Assembly: GCA_944372195.1 (NCBI GenBank)
Contig: CALVYK010000006.1
Coordinates: 3,458 to 67,457, forward strand
DNA length: 64,000 nt
Direction of reading: 5' to 3'
Source of the DNA: an uncultured Bacilli bacterium
GTDB lineage: Bacteria; Bacillota_I; Bacilli_A; RF39; UBA660
How positions within the stretch are numbered: position 1 is the first letter of the stretch; every line of letters starts with the position of its first letter. Shown piece by piece: positions 17,681 through 27,904 of this stretch. Both the position numbers and the translations under genes were made by a program. Under the pieces are notes generated by a model. The model ran no database searches. It was not told the origin of the DNA and was given only the letters and a program-made list of their open reading frames with translations.

Positions 17681-19001
17681 GTATTAAAAACTTTTGTTTT
17701 TTATTGATAGATTTCGCATTATATTCTTCTAGTTCTTTTATAATTTTATATCCTTCAATTTCATCAGTATTTTGTAAATCTACATTCATAATATTTCTTG
17801 TTTTATTGGTATAGAATATCCCTATTAGTTGACTAGCTCTACTATTTAAGTTTAAAGCACCTTCACTATAGCTATTACTACCACACAAAGAACCACATCT
17901 TGCACATGTATCACCTATTCTAGCAGAGTGTAAATGTCCACAAAATAGATAGTCTACATTTACACCATTTGTTCCATATCTGCCAAAAGTTTGTGTTACT
18001 GATTTTTCCAAATCAGTTTTTAGGGCTACACCATGAGTTATTAAAACATTTTGTCCACTAATATTAATAATTTTTTCTGAAAAATTACCATCAATAAATT
18101 TCACATTTGGATGATATTCAAAAGCTACTTTTAAAAATTGATGAATTGTATAATCATAATTATATGTGGCTATTTCTTCTGAAGTATCATACTCTTCGCC
18201 TACAACCCTAGACTCATTACCAGTTACACTAGCAATAGTTAAATTGAAATATATACTTAATTCTTCAACAAATTGTCTAAGCAAATAGAAAGCTAACACC
18301 ATGGCTTTAGAACGATTTGTAACCATGTTCATATATTCATTCTGACGTCGATCGCTGTTTAGCAGGTCGCCTAAGAACAAAACAGCAACTTGGGTAATAC
18401 CATTATTTGTAAAATGCAAAATAGCAGTTTGAGCTAATTTTTTTAATCTTTTACTAGCTATTTCAAAATCATATTTATTAGTAGGAGTATGTATAAGCTC
18501 ATTAAAATGTGTATCGGATATGCATATAATACCAGTTTTACCATTTTGTTTAGTAGGTTCTATTCTATATTCTACAGGCTTTAATGGTATTTGTTTAATA
18601 GCTTGTATTAATTCTTTATTTAAATCTTCTAATGAAATAATTTCTTTAAGTTTTTTATTAAAATTATTTCTCTCAAAATTTAATTTTTGTTTATAGGATA
18701 AAGCTTCTTTGCGTAATTTTGTTAAATTAGCTTCAAAAGTTTCATCTATATCTTTAGAGCTATTTTTTACAGTAGAAGACTTATTAGTTTGATATAATTT
18801 TTTAATAATGCCTGTATTAATAATATGCCAAAAATATTCATTTTTAACATTAAGTGTTTCTAGCCCTATTGCAAATTGATGTTCAGCAACTTCAGGGTTT
18901 AACTTAAAAAAGTTATATATTTCTATTGCTTTATCTCTGCTTAGAAGAGTATCATTTTTAAATTTTAAGAAATCGTTAATAGCTGTTTCTTTTTTATCCA
19001 T
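17670..19001 (-). CDS. Metallophosphoesterase with N-terminal extension (possible SbcD/Mre11-like nuclease)
   Basis: ICISDTHFN, FLGDLLNSDRR, TGNES, LITHG, CGHLHS motifs in calcineurin-like order. Confidence 0.65.
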   Translation of the reverse strand: MDKKETAINDFLKFKNDTLLSRDKAIEIYNFFKLNPEVAEHQFAIGLETLNVKNEYFWHIINTGIIKKLYQTNKSSTVKNSSKDIDETFEANLTKLRKEALSYKQKLNFERNNFNKKLKEIISLEDLNKELIQAIKQIPLKPVEYRIEPTKQNGKTGIICISDTHFNELIHTPTNKYDFEIASKRLKKLAQTAILHFTNNGITQVAVLFLGDLLNSDRRQNEYMNMVTNRSKAMVLAFYLLRQFVEELSIYFNLTIASVTGNESRVVGEEYDTSEEIATYNYDYTIHQFLKVAFEYHPNVKFIDGNFSEKIINISGQNVLITHGVALKTDLEKSVTQTFGRYGTNGVNVDYLFCGHLHSARIGDTCARCGSLCGSNSYSEGALNLNSRASQLIGIFYTNKTRNIMNVDLQNTDEIEGYKIIKELEEYNAKSINKKQKFLIHEI

Positions 19002-19072
19002 ATATAATCCTTTATTATTAATATTATTATATTAACATATAAAATACATTTTGTCAAGTGTTTTTATAAAAA

Positions 19073-19972
19073 TTAATAGTTGATAACTATTATTTCTTTA
19101 TCATTTCCTTTGTTTTTCCTTTGATAATTACAATTATAAAAATTTACATCTGTATTAATCACTCTATATTTTTTGCTAAAATCTCTTAGATAAACATTTG
19201 TTTTATCACCTTTTTGCAATTGATTAACTAACATAAACTTACAATTAGATTTATCTATATTATCACACATTTCATATAGTTCTATTTCATCATCAATAGA
19301 CCATTTTAAATTATTGGTTCTACTATAAATATCATCACTTATTAAATAAGGTGGGTCTATAAAATAAAAACAATCTTTTATATTTTTTGTCTTATTATAA
19401 AAATCATTAAAATCTAAATTATACATGTCTATATCACAACAATGTAAGGCTTCTATATATCTTTCTAATTTATTTCTTAAACTATCATTAAACCATGAAC
19501 GCTTATACCCTGATGTATTAATAAATCTTCCATTTTTATCCATTGTTAAATAATAATTAAAGCTATAATACATTAGGGTTAATAGCTTTATAAAAGACAT
19601 ATTTTTATAATCTTCATCAGAAGAAAAAAGGTGTTTAGAATATCTTTCATTAAACTCTTCACGAAATTTGAGAAAGCCTTCTTTATTATCTTTTGATAAT
19701 CCATAATAATATATTATTTCGTCAATTTCATTTATGATATATTCTGGTTCAAGTTCTATTAAAACTTTGATAATACCAAATAAATAATAATTTTTATCGT
19801 TATAAATTTTTTTATTATATACAGTATTAAGACTTACTTCGAATGTACCTGCAAAGGGTTCTACAATAATTTTACAATCATTTGGTAAATACTGTTGTAT
19901 AATTGGTAATATACGAAATTTTGACCCAGAATAGTTAAAACCATTTTTAATGCTTGTTTTTGTATTTTCCAT
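19073..19972 (-). CDS. dam: Dam-family (D12 class) N6-adenine DNA methyltransferase
   Basis: N-terminal YSGSKFRILP...VEPFAGTFEV and C-terminal FYFIDPPY motifs. Confidence 0.8.
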   Translation of the reverse strand: MENTKTSIKNGFNYSGSKFRILPIIQQYLPNDCKIIVEPFAGTFEVSLNTVYNKKIYNDKNYYLFGIIKVLIELEPEYIINEIDEIIYYYGLSKDNKEGFLKFREEFNERYSKHLFSSDEDYKNMSFIKLLTLMYYSFNYYLTMDKNGRFINTSGYKRSWFNDSLRNKLERYIEALHCCDIDMYNLDFNDFYNKTKNIKDCFYFIDPPYLISDDIYSRTNNLKWSIDDEIELYEMCDNIDKSNCKFMLVNQLQKGDKTNVYLRDFSKKYRVINTDVNFYNCNYQRKNKGNDKEIIVINY

Positions 19973-20852
19973 TTATTAATCCTTTGAAATTATTTAAATC
20001 TATCGACAAATTAAGTTTATTATGTTCACTATAATCATTAAATTTCTGAATTATATATTTATTAGCATTTTCCACATTATCTAAATTATTTAAAATTTTA
20101 TTATCACTATAATTTCCACCTATAAAAAATATTTTTTCTTTTTGAATTTTATTTAACATAAAATTTGTAAGAGAAGACATCCCTCGCCCATATGAAGATT
20201 CTTTATTTCTAATCACATCAACAGTTATAAATCCTATTTTTCTAAAATATTCAGGGGTGGAAATATAGGCAATATTGGCTATAGATAAATTTTTAGTATC
20301 AATTTTTACAGTATATAATACATCCATATCGTTTTGAATATTATATTCCATAACGTATAAATCTACGATACATTTATTTAATAAAAGAGTATTAATTAAA
20401 TTAGTTATTGCAATACCTCTATTAGATATTTGATTTGCAGTAGCTATACAACTAAAAGTAATATCTACAATTATCTTAACAAACTTATTCGGCTCTGATG
20501 AGCCTACATTTAAACAACATTCTGGATTTCCATTAACTACACTTTCCATATCATACGCAAAGCCTTCATAATCCATATAAAACCCAGTGTTATCATCTTT
20601 TGAATTTTTAACATTCACTACATAATCTAAGAAATAATTAGTATTATCTTCAAAACCATATTTTAATCCTTCTAGTGTAGATGAAAGTTTATGTTTTCCA
20701 TAAAACTCATCACTTTTATTAACTTCGCTAGGTGTTCCAAAAATGTTCAATTTTATGTGTGGACTAACGTAATTATATTGTTCTAATAAACTAGAAAAAT
20801 CAATGCATTTTATAGTCTTACCTTTATAAGTAATATTATATGGTTTAATCAT
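19947..20852 (-). CDS. Hypothetical protein, possible degenerate vWA partner of the AAA+ ATPase
   Basis: Abuts the ATPase gene (20852/20853). The strand VKIIVDITFSCIATA could be a degenerate MIDAS motif; this is weak. Confidence 0.3.
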   Translation of the reverse strand: MIKPYNITYKGKTIKCIDFSSLLEQYNYVSPHIKLNIFGTPSEVNKSDEFYGKHKLSSTLEGLKYGFEDNTNYFLDYVVNVKNSKDDNTGFYMDYEGFAYDMESVVNGNPECCLNVGSSEPNKFVKIIVDITFSCIATANQISNRGIAITNLINTLLLNKCIVDLYVMEYNIQNDMDVLYTVKIDTKNLSIANIAYISTPEYFRKIGFITVDVIRNKESSYGRGMSSLTNFMLNKIQKEKIFFIGGNYSDNKILNNLDNVENANKYIIQKFNDYSEHNKLNLSIDLNNFKGLINGKYKNKH

Positions 20853-22220
20853 TTAGCCCTCAATAACTACACTAGAAAATTCATCATCCTTTGTGCGAAT
20901 ATTAAATACAATTGGTTGTGGAAGCTTATCTGGAGTTTTTATTTTTTTAACTGATAAAAGATGTTCTGACATTTTTTTTAAAAAAATTACAGCACTTGGT
21001 GGAAATGCTATATCCATAAAGGTCTTTCTTGTATTCACAAGATAAAATGAATTTCCTAGACAATAAGACGATTTTGTGCTATTCTTTTCTGCACCATTTA
21101 AACTCAAATCTACGTTTAATTCCCAATCTATAAGTCGTTTTAAACAAAAATCTGTTTCTATACCTTCAACTTCAAATAAATTATTCATAAAATCTAATTC
21201 TATATGAATGGCATTGTTTAACACATTTGAACAATCATCTGTGTTTGAAATACATGATTTATTTTCAAAATCAATACCATCAGTTAGCTTAATTTTAACA
21301 TCCTCGTTTAATCCTTTAAATATACACATATCAAGAATTTCAAAGATATTAAACATTCCTGTATCTAAAAGGTCTGCACCATGCATAGAAGCTCTTGGCG
21401 ATATAATAACTTTAAGTTTAAATTTTTCTATATTTTTTCTCATTTTGTTAATACAATCTAACCAAAAATTGTTCTTTACCAAATCTTTTTCCATTTTACC
21501 GTCATAGCCTACATCAAAAGTTATAAATCTGTCTAAAGTAGCAGCGTCAAGTTTATTTCTACCTATGTATTCAAAAGAACCACCATTACCATAAGTATTA
21601 CAAGCTACTAAACAAATAAAATCTTTATTTTTATTAACAGTTTTATCTGGAAAACCTACTATATCATTCGCTAATACAGAATTTAAAATTGTTACTACAC
21701 CTGCATGTGCAGAGTCAAATTCATCTAAAAGTAATATACCACCCTTTTCAAAAGCCTCTCTAACAGGTGATGTTACATAATCACCTTTTGCATTAATAAA
21801 TCCCATTAAATCTGATTTTGTGGTTTGCAAACCAACTGACATAGGATAATAATTTAGTTTTAAAGCCTCTGCTATTTGTTTACACAAGGATGTTTTACCA
21901 GAACCACAAGGTCCAACTAGCATTATATTCTTTTCAATACGCTTTGCCGATTGTAATACATTTAATATTTTATTAAAATCCTTATGTACCACTTTATAAT
22001 CTGGTTTCTCTAGTGTCCCAACATTAACATTAGCAGGTAAAGCCTTAATCTGTGTTTCTAATTTTTTAATTTTTTCGTTTAGTTCTTCTGTTTTATTTTC
22101 TACTTCTTTATTAATTGTTTCATTAATTTTATCTAATTTTGATTTTATTAATTCTTTAACTTCTTTAATATTATCTTCTATAATTGCCGTTGAAATTAAA
22201 TCTTCTAAATTATTTTCCAT
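20853..22220 (-). CDS. MoxR/CobS-like AAA+ ATPase with N-terminal coiled coil
   Basis: Walker A LVGPCGSGKTSL, Walker B GILLLDEFD, sensor region ATLDRF. Confidence 0.8.
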   Translation of the reverse strand: MENNLEDLISTAIIEDNIKEVKELIKSKLDKINETINKEVENKTEELNEKIKKLETQIKALPANVNVGTLEKPDYKVVHKDFNKILNVLQSAKRIEKNIMLVGPCGSGKTSLCKQIAEALKLNYYPMSVGLQTTKSDLMGFINAKGDYVTSPVREAFEKGGILLLDEFDSAHAGVVTILNSVLANDIVGFPDKTVNKNKDFICLVACNTYGNGGSFEYIGRNKLDAATLDRFITFDVGYDGKMEKDLVKNNFWLDCINKMRKNIEKFKLKVIISPRASMHGADLLDTGMFNIFEILDMCIFKGLNEDVKIKLTDGIDFENKSCISNTDDCSNVLNNAIHIELDFMNNLFEVEGIETDFCLKRLIDWELNVDLSLNGAEKNSTKSSYCLGNSFYLVNTRKTFMDIAFPPSAVIFLKKMSEHLLSVKKIKTPDKLPQPIVFNIRTKDDEFSSVVIEG

Positions 22221-22297
22221 AAAATTATTCGCTTTCTAAAAAAATGGTATAACTTAATTATACCACATAACTTTATTTTGTCAACAATTTAAAAACT

Positions 22298-23143
22298 TCA
22301 ATCTAAATAAATAATTTTACCACAATATTTATCAAGTGGAATTTTATTGTCACTTGGTCTAAAGGTTACTTGCTGAAAATATCCGTAACAAGCATTTACT
22401 AAACGTGTATTATTAATTATAAAATCTTTTTGTTCATGTGAATGTCCATAACACCAAAGTTTAATATTAGGATTTCTATGAATTAAATATTCTAAATCAG
22501 AGCAATAAAATGGGTTTAAAATATCATCAGTATAATATGAGCCTATACATTTTTTAGATGGTAAAAAGTGTGTAGCTATGATTATATCTTTATTTTTATT
22601 TTTTTTACATGTATTTTGTATGTATCTAACAGACTTTTTATTATACTTTATATAATCTTCAGGTGTTACCTTTCTTACAACTTTATAAGACCTTATATAT
22701 ACATTTTTAAAATCATTTATATACATGTTTGCCATTGCTTTATTAAATTCTTGTCCGCCATTAAGTAAAAAGTCTGTATATAAAGTACAACCCAATATTA
22801 TTTTGTTGTTTATTTCTACATAATCATTCTCTAAAAATGTAATATTATTGTCTTTGTCATATTCTTTTTTTAAATATTCAATGGCTGACGTTTTATCTAT
22901 TCCTTCTATATTAGAATCATAAAATTCATGATTACCTAAAATAAATACTAATTTAGTATTATAAAGCATTTTATTAATATTATTTAAGAAATTACGCAAG
23001 AGATAATAAGAGCCACAAATATCACCAGAAATTATTATAACATCATTTTTATTTAAAAATTTTTCTTTTTCAAACCCAAACCTGTTATTAGAACTCCACT
23101 TATTAATATCTATATGTAAATCACTTAATAAACATATTCTCAT
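22298..23143 (-). CDS. Metallophosphoesterase
   Basis: CLLSDLHID, ISGDICG, GNHEFY, ATHFLP, YGHSHEQ. Confidence 0.8.
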   Translation of the reverse strand: MRICLLSDLHIDINKWSSNNRFGFEKEKFLNKNDVIIISGDICGSYYLLRNFLNNINKMLYNTKLVFILGNHEFYDSNIEGIDKTSAIEYLKKEYDKDNNITFLENDYVEINNKIILGCTLYTDFLLNGGQEFNKAMANMYINDFKNVYIRSYKVVRKVTPEDYIKYNKKSVRYIQNTCKKNKNKDIIIATHFLPSKKCIGSYYTDDILNPFYCSDLEYLIHRNPNIKLWCYGHSHEQKDFIINNTRLVNACYGYFQQVTFRPSDNKIPLDKYCGKIIYLD

Positions 23144-23144
23144 T

Positions 23145-23453
23145 CTATATTAAATCCTCAATTGTGAAATTATTATTATAATTGTCTATTATATATTTCA
23201 TTAATTTTTTATTAAGATATTCTAAATCATCTTTAGTATTCTCTAAGGTTTGATAATCATCATTAGAGTCTTCTAATTCTTTTTTAGTTTGAATTAACAA
23301 ATCTGTTTGACTATCATATTCTACTTCTAAGTCTTCGTATAATTTTTTATATTCATGACATACAAAGGGACATAAACCCTCATTACAAACAGGTGTAAAT
23401 GGGCAGTTTTCTTTTTTGAAAGCTTTTTCAAAATGTTCACAATTAAATAACAT
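23145..23453 (-). CDS. Cys-rich hypothetical protein
   Basis: CEHF..CPFTPVCNEGLCPFVCHEY. Confidence 0.5.
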   Translation of the reverse strand: MLFNCEHFEKAFKKENCPFTPVCNEGLCPFVCHEYKKLYEDLEVEYDSQTDLLIQTKKELEDSNDDYQTLENTKDDLEYLNKKLMKYIIDNYNNNFTIEDLI

Positions 23454-23462
23454 AATAATATC

Positions 23463-23675
23463 CTATTCTATTTCCCAACATTGTAAAGTATCGTTCCAAA
23501 CTTTTTTAATTTTTTTGGTATTATTGGTTTGTATTTGTTTATGTTCATCTTTTATTTTCTTATTTTTTATTTTTTTGTAAAATTTTATTGATAAATCTAA
23601 TATATATGCTATTAAAAAGGCTGAAAAAAAACATAATAAAAAATATCCAAATATACTTAAAATCTTAACAATCAT
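23463..23675 (-). CDS. Small membrane protein
   Basis: One N-terminal TM helix ILSIFGYFLLCFFSAFLIAYIL. Confidence 0.55.
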   Translation of the reverse strand: MIVKILSIFGYFLLCFFSAFLIAYILDLSIKFYKKIKNKKIKDEHKQIQTNNTKKIKKVWNDTLQCWEIE

Positions 23676-23928
23676 TTAATAACCCTCTTATTTCAAGTGA
23701 AAATATTTTTTCAACATCATTAATACCTATATCTTCATCCAATAAGTATGACTCTATAATCTTTCTTGTAGACTGACAATACATTAAGGTTTTATACTTA
23801 GCAAATAAATACATAAGTATTACATCTAAGCATATTTCAGAAGTTATTAAATCATCTTTTGTTTTGTCAAGTTTAATGAATTTATTTTTAAAGTTTTGTA
23901 AATCATTACTAAAATTGTCTAAATACAT
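23665..23928 (-). CDS. Hypothetical protein
   Basis: Track ORF. Confidence 0.5.
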   Translation of the reverse strand: MYLDNFSNDLQNFKNKFIKLDKTKDDLITSEICLDVILMYLFAKYKTLMYCQSTRKIIESYLLDEDIGINDVEKIFSLEIRGLLNDC

Positions 23929-23929
23929 T

Positions 23930-24238
23930 TTAATTCTTTCTACTCTTTATAAAAACTATTATGGGCTTTTCATTTAAATATGGATTTTTTAGAATATTGT
24001 CTACATCATTATAAAATTCCATGCTTAAATCTGCTTTATTGTTGACATAAGCTATAACATTTATTTTGGATATTTTTGTTTCAAATCTGTTTAAAAAATT
24101 TTCTATTTCACTTATAATTTTATTACATGAAGAAATATAATCTGAATTAGTAGACACTACATTTTCTTTAGTATCTACCAATTCTTCTATAATAATTTCT
24201 AAATTATTTTTATCATCTAATTCAAAATGTTTTATCAT
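23930..24238 (-). CDS. Hypothetical protein
   Basis: Track ORF. Confidence 0.5.
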   Translation of the reverse strand: MIKHFELDDKNNLEIIIEELVDTKENVVSTNSDYISSCNKIISEIENFLNRFETKISKINVIAYVNNKADLSMEFYNDVDNILKNPYLNEKPIIVFIKSRKN

Positions 24239-24246
24239 GTTGTTTT

Positions 24247-24849
24247 CTATCTTATATATTCTCTAAATTTTTTATACGAACCATCAAATCTATCTTCTAC
24301 TTCTTTTAATATCTGTGTGATATTAGAGTTAATTTTACGCAAAACATATTCATTATATTCGTTATCTCTAAGTTTTTTACGTCTTGGGTTGATTTTTTTA
24401 ATTTCCTCAAAAACTTCATTTTCTGGTATATTATATTCTTTCTGTAAATATAACATGGTGTCACTGTCTGATAATTCTTCAAAATTACACAATGGACATA
24501 AACATTCTGGTATATGACATCTAAAATCGCCATACCCTAATTCGTTTGAAATAAAATTAAAATCTTCAAATGTTAAATGGTCTATATCTATATGATTTTC
24601 TTTTATAAAATCATTTAATTCATTCTGTGAGATTTTTTCACCCTCACACAACCTTTTCAATATCATTTGTCCTTGTTCTTTTAGCGGTTTAAGTAGATGT
24701 TCTTCACATAGTTCATGTCCATTTTCGCATTCTACCATTTCTGCTTCTGATAAGCTCATATCCCATCCACTAATTCTATAACCACATACATCACACACAA
24801 AACTTGAACTTGATGAATTACTTACAAAACCCTGTCTGTATTTAGTCAT
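24247..24849 (-). CDS. GFVSNSSSSSF-motif protein C (200 aa, Cys/His-rich)
   Basis: N-terminus MTKYRQGFVSNSSSSSFV; RBS aaggag; additional CxxC / CxxxH clusters. Confidence 0.7.
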   Translation of the reverse strand: MTKYRQGFVSNSSSSSFVCDVCGYRISGWDMSLSEAEMVECENGHELCEEHLLKPLKEQGQMILKRLCEGEKISQNELNDFIKENHIDIDHLTFEDFNFISNELGYGDFRCHIPECLCPLCNFEELSDSDTMLYLQKEYNIPENEVFEEIKKINPRRKKLRDNEYNEYVLRKINSNITQILKEVEDRFDGSYKKFREYIR

Positions 24850-24860
24850 GCTAAACTCCT

Positions 24861-25193
24861 TTAATATTCTTCTTCATACTCTAAATCAAGTGCATCACAA
24901 ATATCTCTTATAGTTTCTTCTGCACCATATTCAACAGTAGCCAATAAAATATTTAAATCTTCCTTTAAGGCTCTAACCAAAATGCTAGAATCATCTTCTT
25001 TGCGCCAAGTTAGAAAATCTTCTACTGTATCATATCCTAATTCTTCTGTAACATATTCTTTGGCAGATAATACCTTAAAAATTGTTTCTATTAATTTTTT
25101 ACATTTTGGGCAATCAAAATCATTTTTATCGACTTTAACTATAAAACTACTACTTGATGAATTACTTACAAAACCTAATCTAATTTTTGCCAT
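24861..25193 (-). CDS. GFVSNSSSSSF-motif protein B (110 aa)
   Basis: N-terminus MAKIRLGFVSNSSSSSFI; RBS aaagga. Confidence 0.7.
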   Translation of the reverse strand: MAKIRLGFVSNSSSSSFIVKVDKNDFDCPKCKKLIETIFKVLSAKEYVTEELGYDTVEDFLTWRKEDDSSILVRALKEDLNILLATVEYGAEETIRDICDALDLEYEEEY

Positions 25194-25283
25194 ATATAAT
25201 CCTTTTATTTATTCCTATTTATTGTTTTATTATTATTTTTTATTATAACATATTTTTTATAAAATGTCAATAAAAGATGTTGA

Positions 25284-25724
25284 CTAGCAACATCTTTCAC
25301 CAGAGATAAATTTTATGTCATCATTAATATTTAATTTATCCTTAATTCCCTGTAAATCTTTTATAAAATCATTTGCTTCTAATATTATTGAAGAACTTGA
25401 AGCATAATTTATATCATTATTAGTATCTAATAAAAGTTTACCTAGCATATAAGTATACCCTTCTGGAACACCATCTTCATAATCAATACCTAAATATAAA
25501 TCTTGCTCATTTAAAAAATCACGAAATTCATATAGTTGGTCTCTAATAGCATCTTCTCTAGTATTTCCATATTCTTGAATGCATTTTTTTACGTATTCTT
25601 CATCAATTTCATAGCCAAGTGTTTTCATTAAATTTTCTAAATCTAGGTCTTCATCAAATAAATAGCCTACTAATAAAAAACTACTACTTGAACTATTGCT
25701 TACAAAGCCGATTCTACATTTCAT
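25284..25724 (-). CDS. GFVSNSSSSSF-motif protein A (146 aa)
   Basis: Track ORF 25284-25739. Start moved to MKCRIGFVSNSSSSSFL (RBS tgagggt). It overlaps the radical-SAM stop by 11 nt. Confidence 0.65.
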   Translation of the reverse strand: MKCRIGFVSNSSSSSFLLVGYLFDEDLDLENLMKTLGYEIDEEYVKKCIQEYGNTREDAIRDQLYEFRDFLNEQDLYLGIDYEDGVPEGYTYMLGKLLLDTNNDINYASSSSIILEANDFIKDLQGIKDKLNINDDIKFISGERCC

Positions 25725-26904
25725 CTTTATTACCCTCATTTAATCTATCGCATATATTTACATTAGAATAAACTAAACATTTTCTACATCCATTACAATC
25801 TTTTGTTTTAATACTTAGTTTACGATATTTATTCAATAAAGGATTATACCATACATCCTTAATAAAATCATCACAATTTAATACATCTATACCATCTTTC
25901 CATTCTCCTACGCCTTCTGCAAATGAACAAGGATAAAACCTTCCATCTACATTAATATAAGCGCTTTCTATACCAAAGCTTTCACAGCTTATAATACAAT
26001 CTTTAATCAGCTTTTCAAGCCCTAATTCTTTATAAACTTGATATAGAATACCACTTCCACAAGAATCAGAACCAATAGAAACATTAGATTTTATTGCATG
26101 CTCTATAACAGTTTTATAATCTTCAGGTGTTGGGACATGCATAGTATTTCTATTGCCTTTTTCTTTTAGTGTTAAAAATACGATGCTATTAAGACCTTTT
26201 AATCTTTCGTCATTCATTTTATCATCTATAACTTCAATACATCCCTTAATGGTTTCATGTGCTATTAACTGATGAATATTAATTTGTTTTAACGTATATC
26301 CGTCTTTATCTTTAAATTTAGATAATTTTTCTATAGCATTATAACACACATCTTTAGGTGAATATTTAGACACAGAAATTGCACCACATAGTTTAGCTAG
26401 TTTTTCAGCATATTCATCTGTTAAATTCCACCCATTTATAGTGATATTAGGAACAATACCTTGTGAACGTGTATATTCTAAAATATTCCATAAATCTGGA
26501 TTGCTATCTATATCGCCTATTCCACCTGCAATTTGACATATAGTTTTAGGTAATTTAGATAGTATTTTCTTATATGTATCTAAGCTCATATTTTTACCAC
26601 ATCCAGTATTACTTTTATAACAAAAACTACAAGGTGTACAAGTGTTATATGGGTCTTTAGTATCATATTTATTTAGATTGCCTATTCCATGACAAATTGT
26701 ACTCCACTCCATATCTAAAATATTTGGACCAAATATACAATATTCAGAGTCTAACTTTAGATTTTCACCCCAAGACATAAAAACACCATTTATTTTGTTA
26801 AAATTATAATTATATTCTTTTGACCTCATTAATTTTAAATATTCGTTTTCATATATTTTATAATTATCATAATTTTGAACTTTAATATCTTTAAGTAAAT
26901 TCAT
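25714..26904 (-). CDS. Radical SAM-like enzyme with C-terminal Cys cluster (SPASM/twitch-like)
   Basis: MEWSTIC-x20-CSFCY cluster, glycine-rich IAGGIGD, C-terminal CNGCRKCLVYSNVNIC; RBS agaggat. Confidence 0.6.
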   Translation of the reverse strand: MNLLKDIKVQNYDNYKIYENEYLKLMRSKEYNYNFNKINGVFMSWGENLKLDSEYCIFGPNILDMEWSTICHGIGNLNKYDTKDPYNTCTPCSFCYKSNTGCGKNMSLDTYKKILSKLPKTICQIAGGIGDIDSNPDLWNILEYTRSQGIVPNITINGWNLTDEYAEKLAKLCGAISVSKYSPKDVCYNAIEKLSKFKDKDGYTLKQINIHQLIAHETIKGCIEVIDDKMNDERLKGLNSIVFLTLKEKGNRNTMHVPTPEDYKTVIEHAIKSNVSIGSDSCGSGILYQVYKELGLEKLIKDCIISCESFGIESAYINVDGRFYPCSFAEGVGEWKDGIDVLNCDDFIKDVWYNPLLNKYRKLSIKTKDCNGCRKCLVYSNVNICDRLNEGNKDEM

Positions 26905-26934
26905 TTTATCCTCTCTATCTAATTTATATTTTTA

Positions 26935-26963
26935 ATTATAACACAGATTGTGAACTTTGTCAA
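26935..26963 (-). promoter_or_regulatory. Promoter TTGACA-N17-TGtTATAAT for the radical-SAM operon
   Basis: -35 at 26958-26963, -10 at 26935-26940. Confidence 0.7.
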
Positions 26964-26983
26964 TAACTTTTAAATATATTCAT

Positions 26984-27016
26984 AAAAAAGTGGCTAAAAA
27001 AACGGAAGTCGCCACT
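26984..27016 (-). terminator. Possible intrinsic terminator (large loop)
   Basis: Stem agtggc 26989-26994 / gccact 27011-27016 with a T-run on the minus strand. Confidence 0.4.
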
Positions 27017-27106
27017 AAAACTTTAAACCTAATGTACACTTAGTTTATGAGAGATAATAATATATCTACATCACCGTTATAAATTTGTATTATACACCAT
27101 AAAATA

Positions 27107-27904
27107 CTATTTGTCAATATTTTTATAAAATTCTTCTGCTATATCAATAATTGATAATTGTTTAAGTTTATCTACAGGAATAGAACGCATTAAATTATAA
27201 ACATTAATTTCAAATTCATTTTTAAAAGATGGTCTCTTTTCACTACCACCTTCAATTTGGTGTTTAATACCACGCATATATTTCCAGAAATTATAATAGC
27301 AGGTTTTCATTTTAACTCTAAAGTTGTTAGTGTCTTGAATAACCCATCCTTCATGTCTTATAGAATAATCATTTTTAACAGATTGTCTCCATGAGTATAA
27401 ATCATCCCAATTGTTAAAAGTATAATCTAATACTTTACACTTAACTTTGAGTTCTTTAGCCAATTTCTGAACTTCTTCATATGGCATAAATTCATCTTCA
27501 AATTTATTTTTAACTATATCCAATAAAACTAATTGATTTTCACTATATCTGATAATATGTGGGTCTAAATCTTGATTAATACATTCAAAAATTAAAGTAC
27601 AATTATTGGTTTTACAAAATTCTTTTACCCTATTTTTAAAAGTCTTGTCAAGTTTATCTAATTCTTGTTTTATCATATTGACAAAATCTCCTTTATCAGT
27701 AGATTTTGACGCTATAAATAAATCATCTGTTTTAGGGTTATATGACATTAAGGCTAAAAATCCATTTTCTTTTTTAAAACAATATACAGGAAATAACAAT
27801 TTTTGTTTTAAAACTGCTGATTTCCAATCATAGCCATTTTCTGGAATATCATTTTTAATATCTATATTTAACTTCATTTTACTCTCACTTTCTAATATTA
27901 CCAT
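27107..27904 (-). CDS. RNA ligase, Rnl1-like catalytic portion
   Basis: Motif I FKKENGFLAL (compare T4 Rnl1 TKEDGSL), EGWVIQD, RVKMKTCYY. The N-terminal part of the domain lies in the preceding ORF. Confidence 0.7.
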   Translation of the reverse strand: MVILESESKMKLNIDIKNDIPENGYDWKSAVLKQKLLFPVYCFKKENGFLALMSYNPKTDDLFIASKSTDKGDFVNMIKQELDKLDKTFKNRVKEFCKTNNCTLIFECINQDLDPHIIRYSENQLVLLDIVKNKFEDEFMPYEEVQKLAKELKVKCKVLDYTFNNWDDLYSWRQSVKNDYSIRHEGWVIQDTNNFRVKMKTCYYNFWKYMRGIKHQIEGGSEKRPSFKNEFEINVYNLMRSIPVDKLKQLSIIDIAEEFYKNIDK

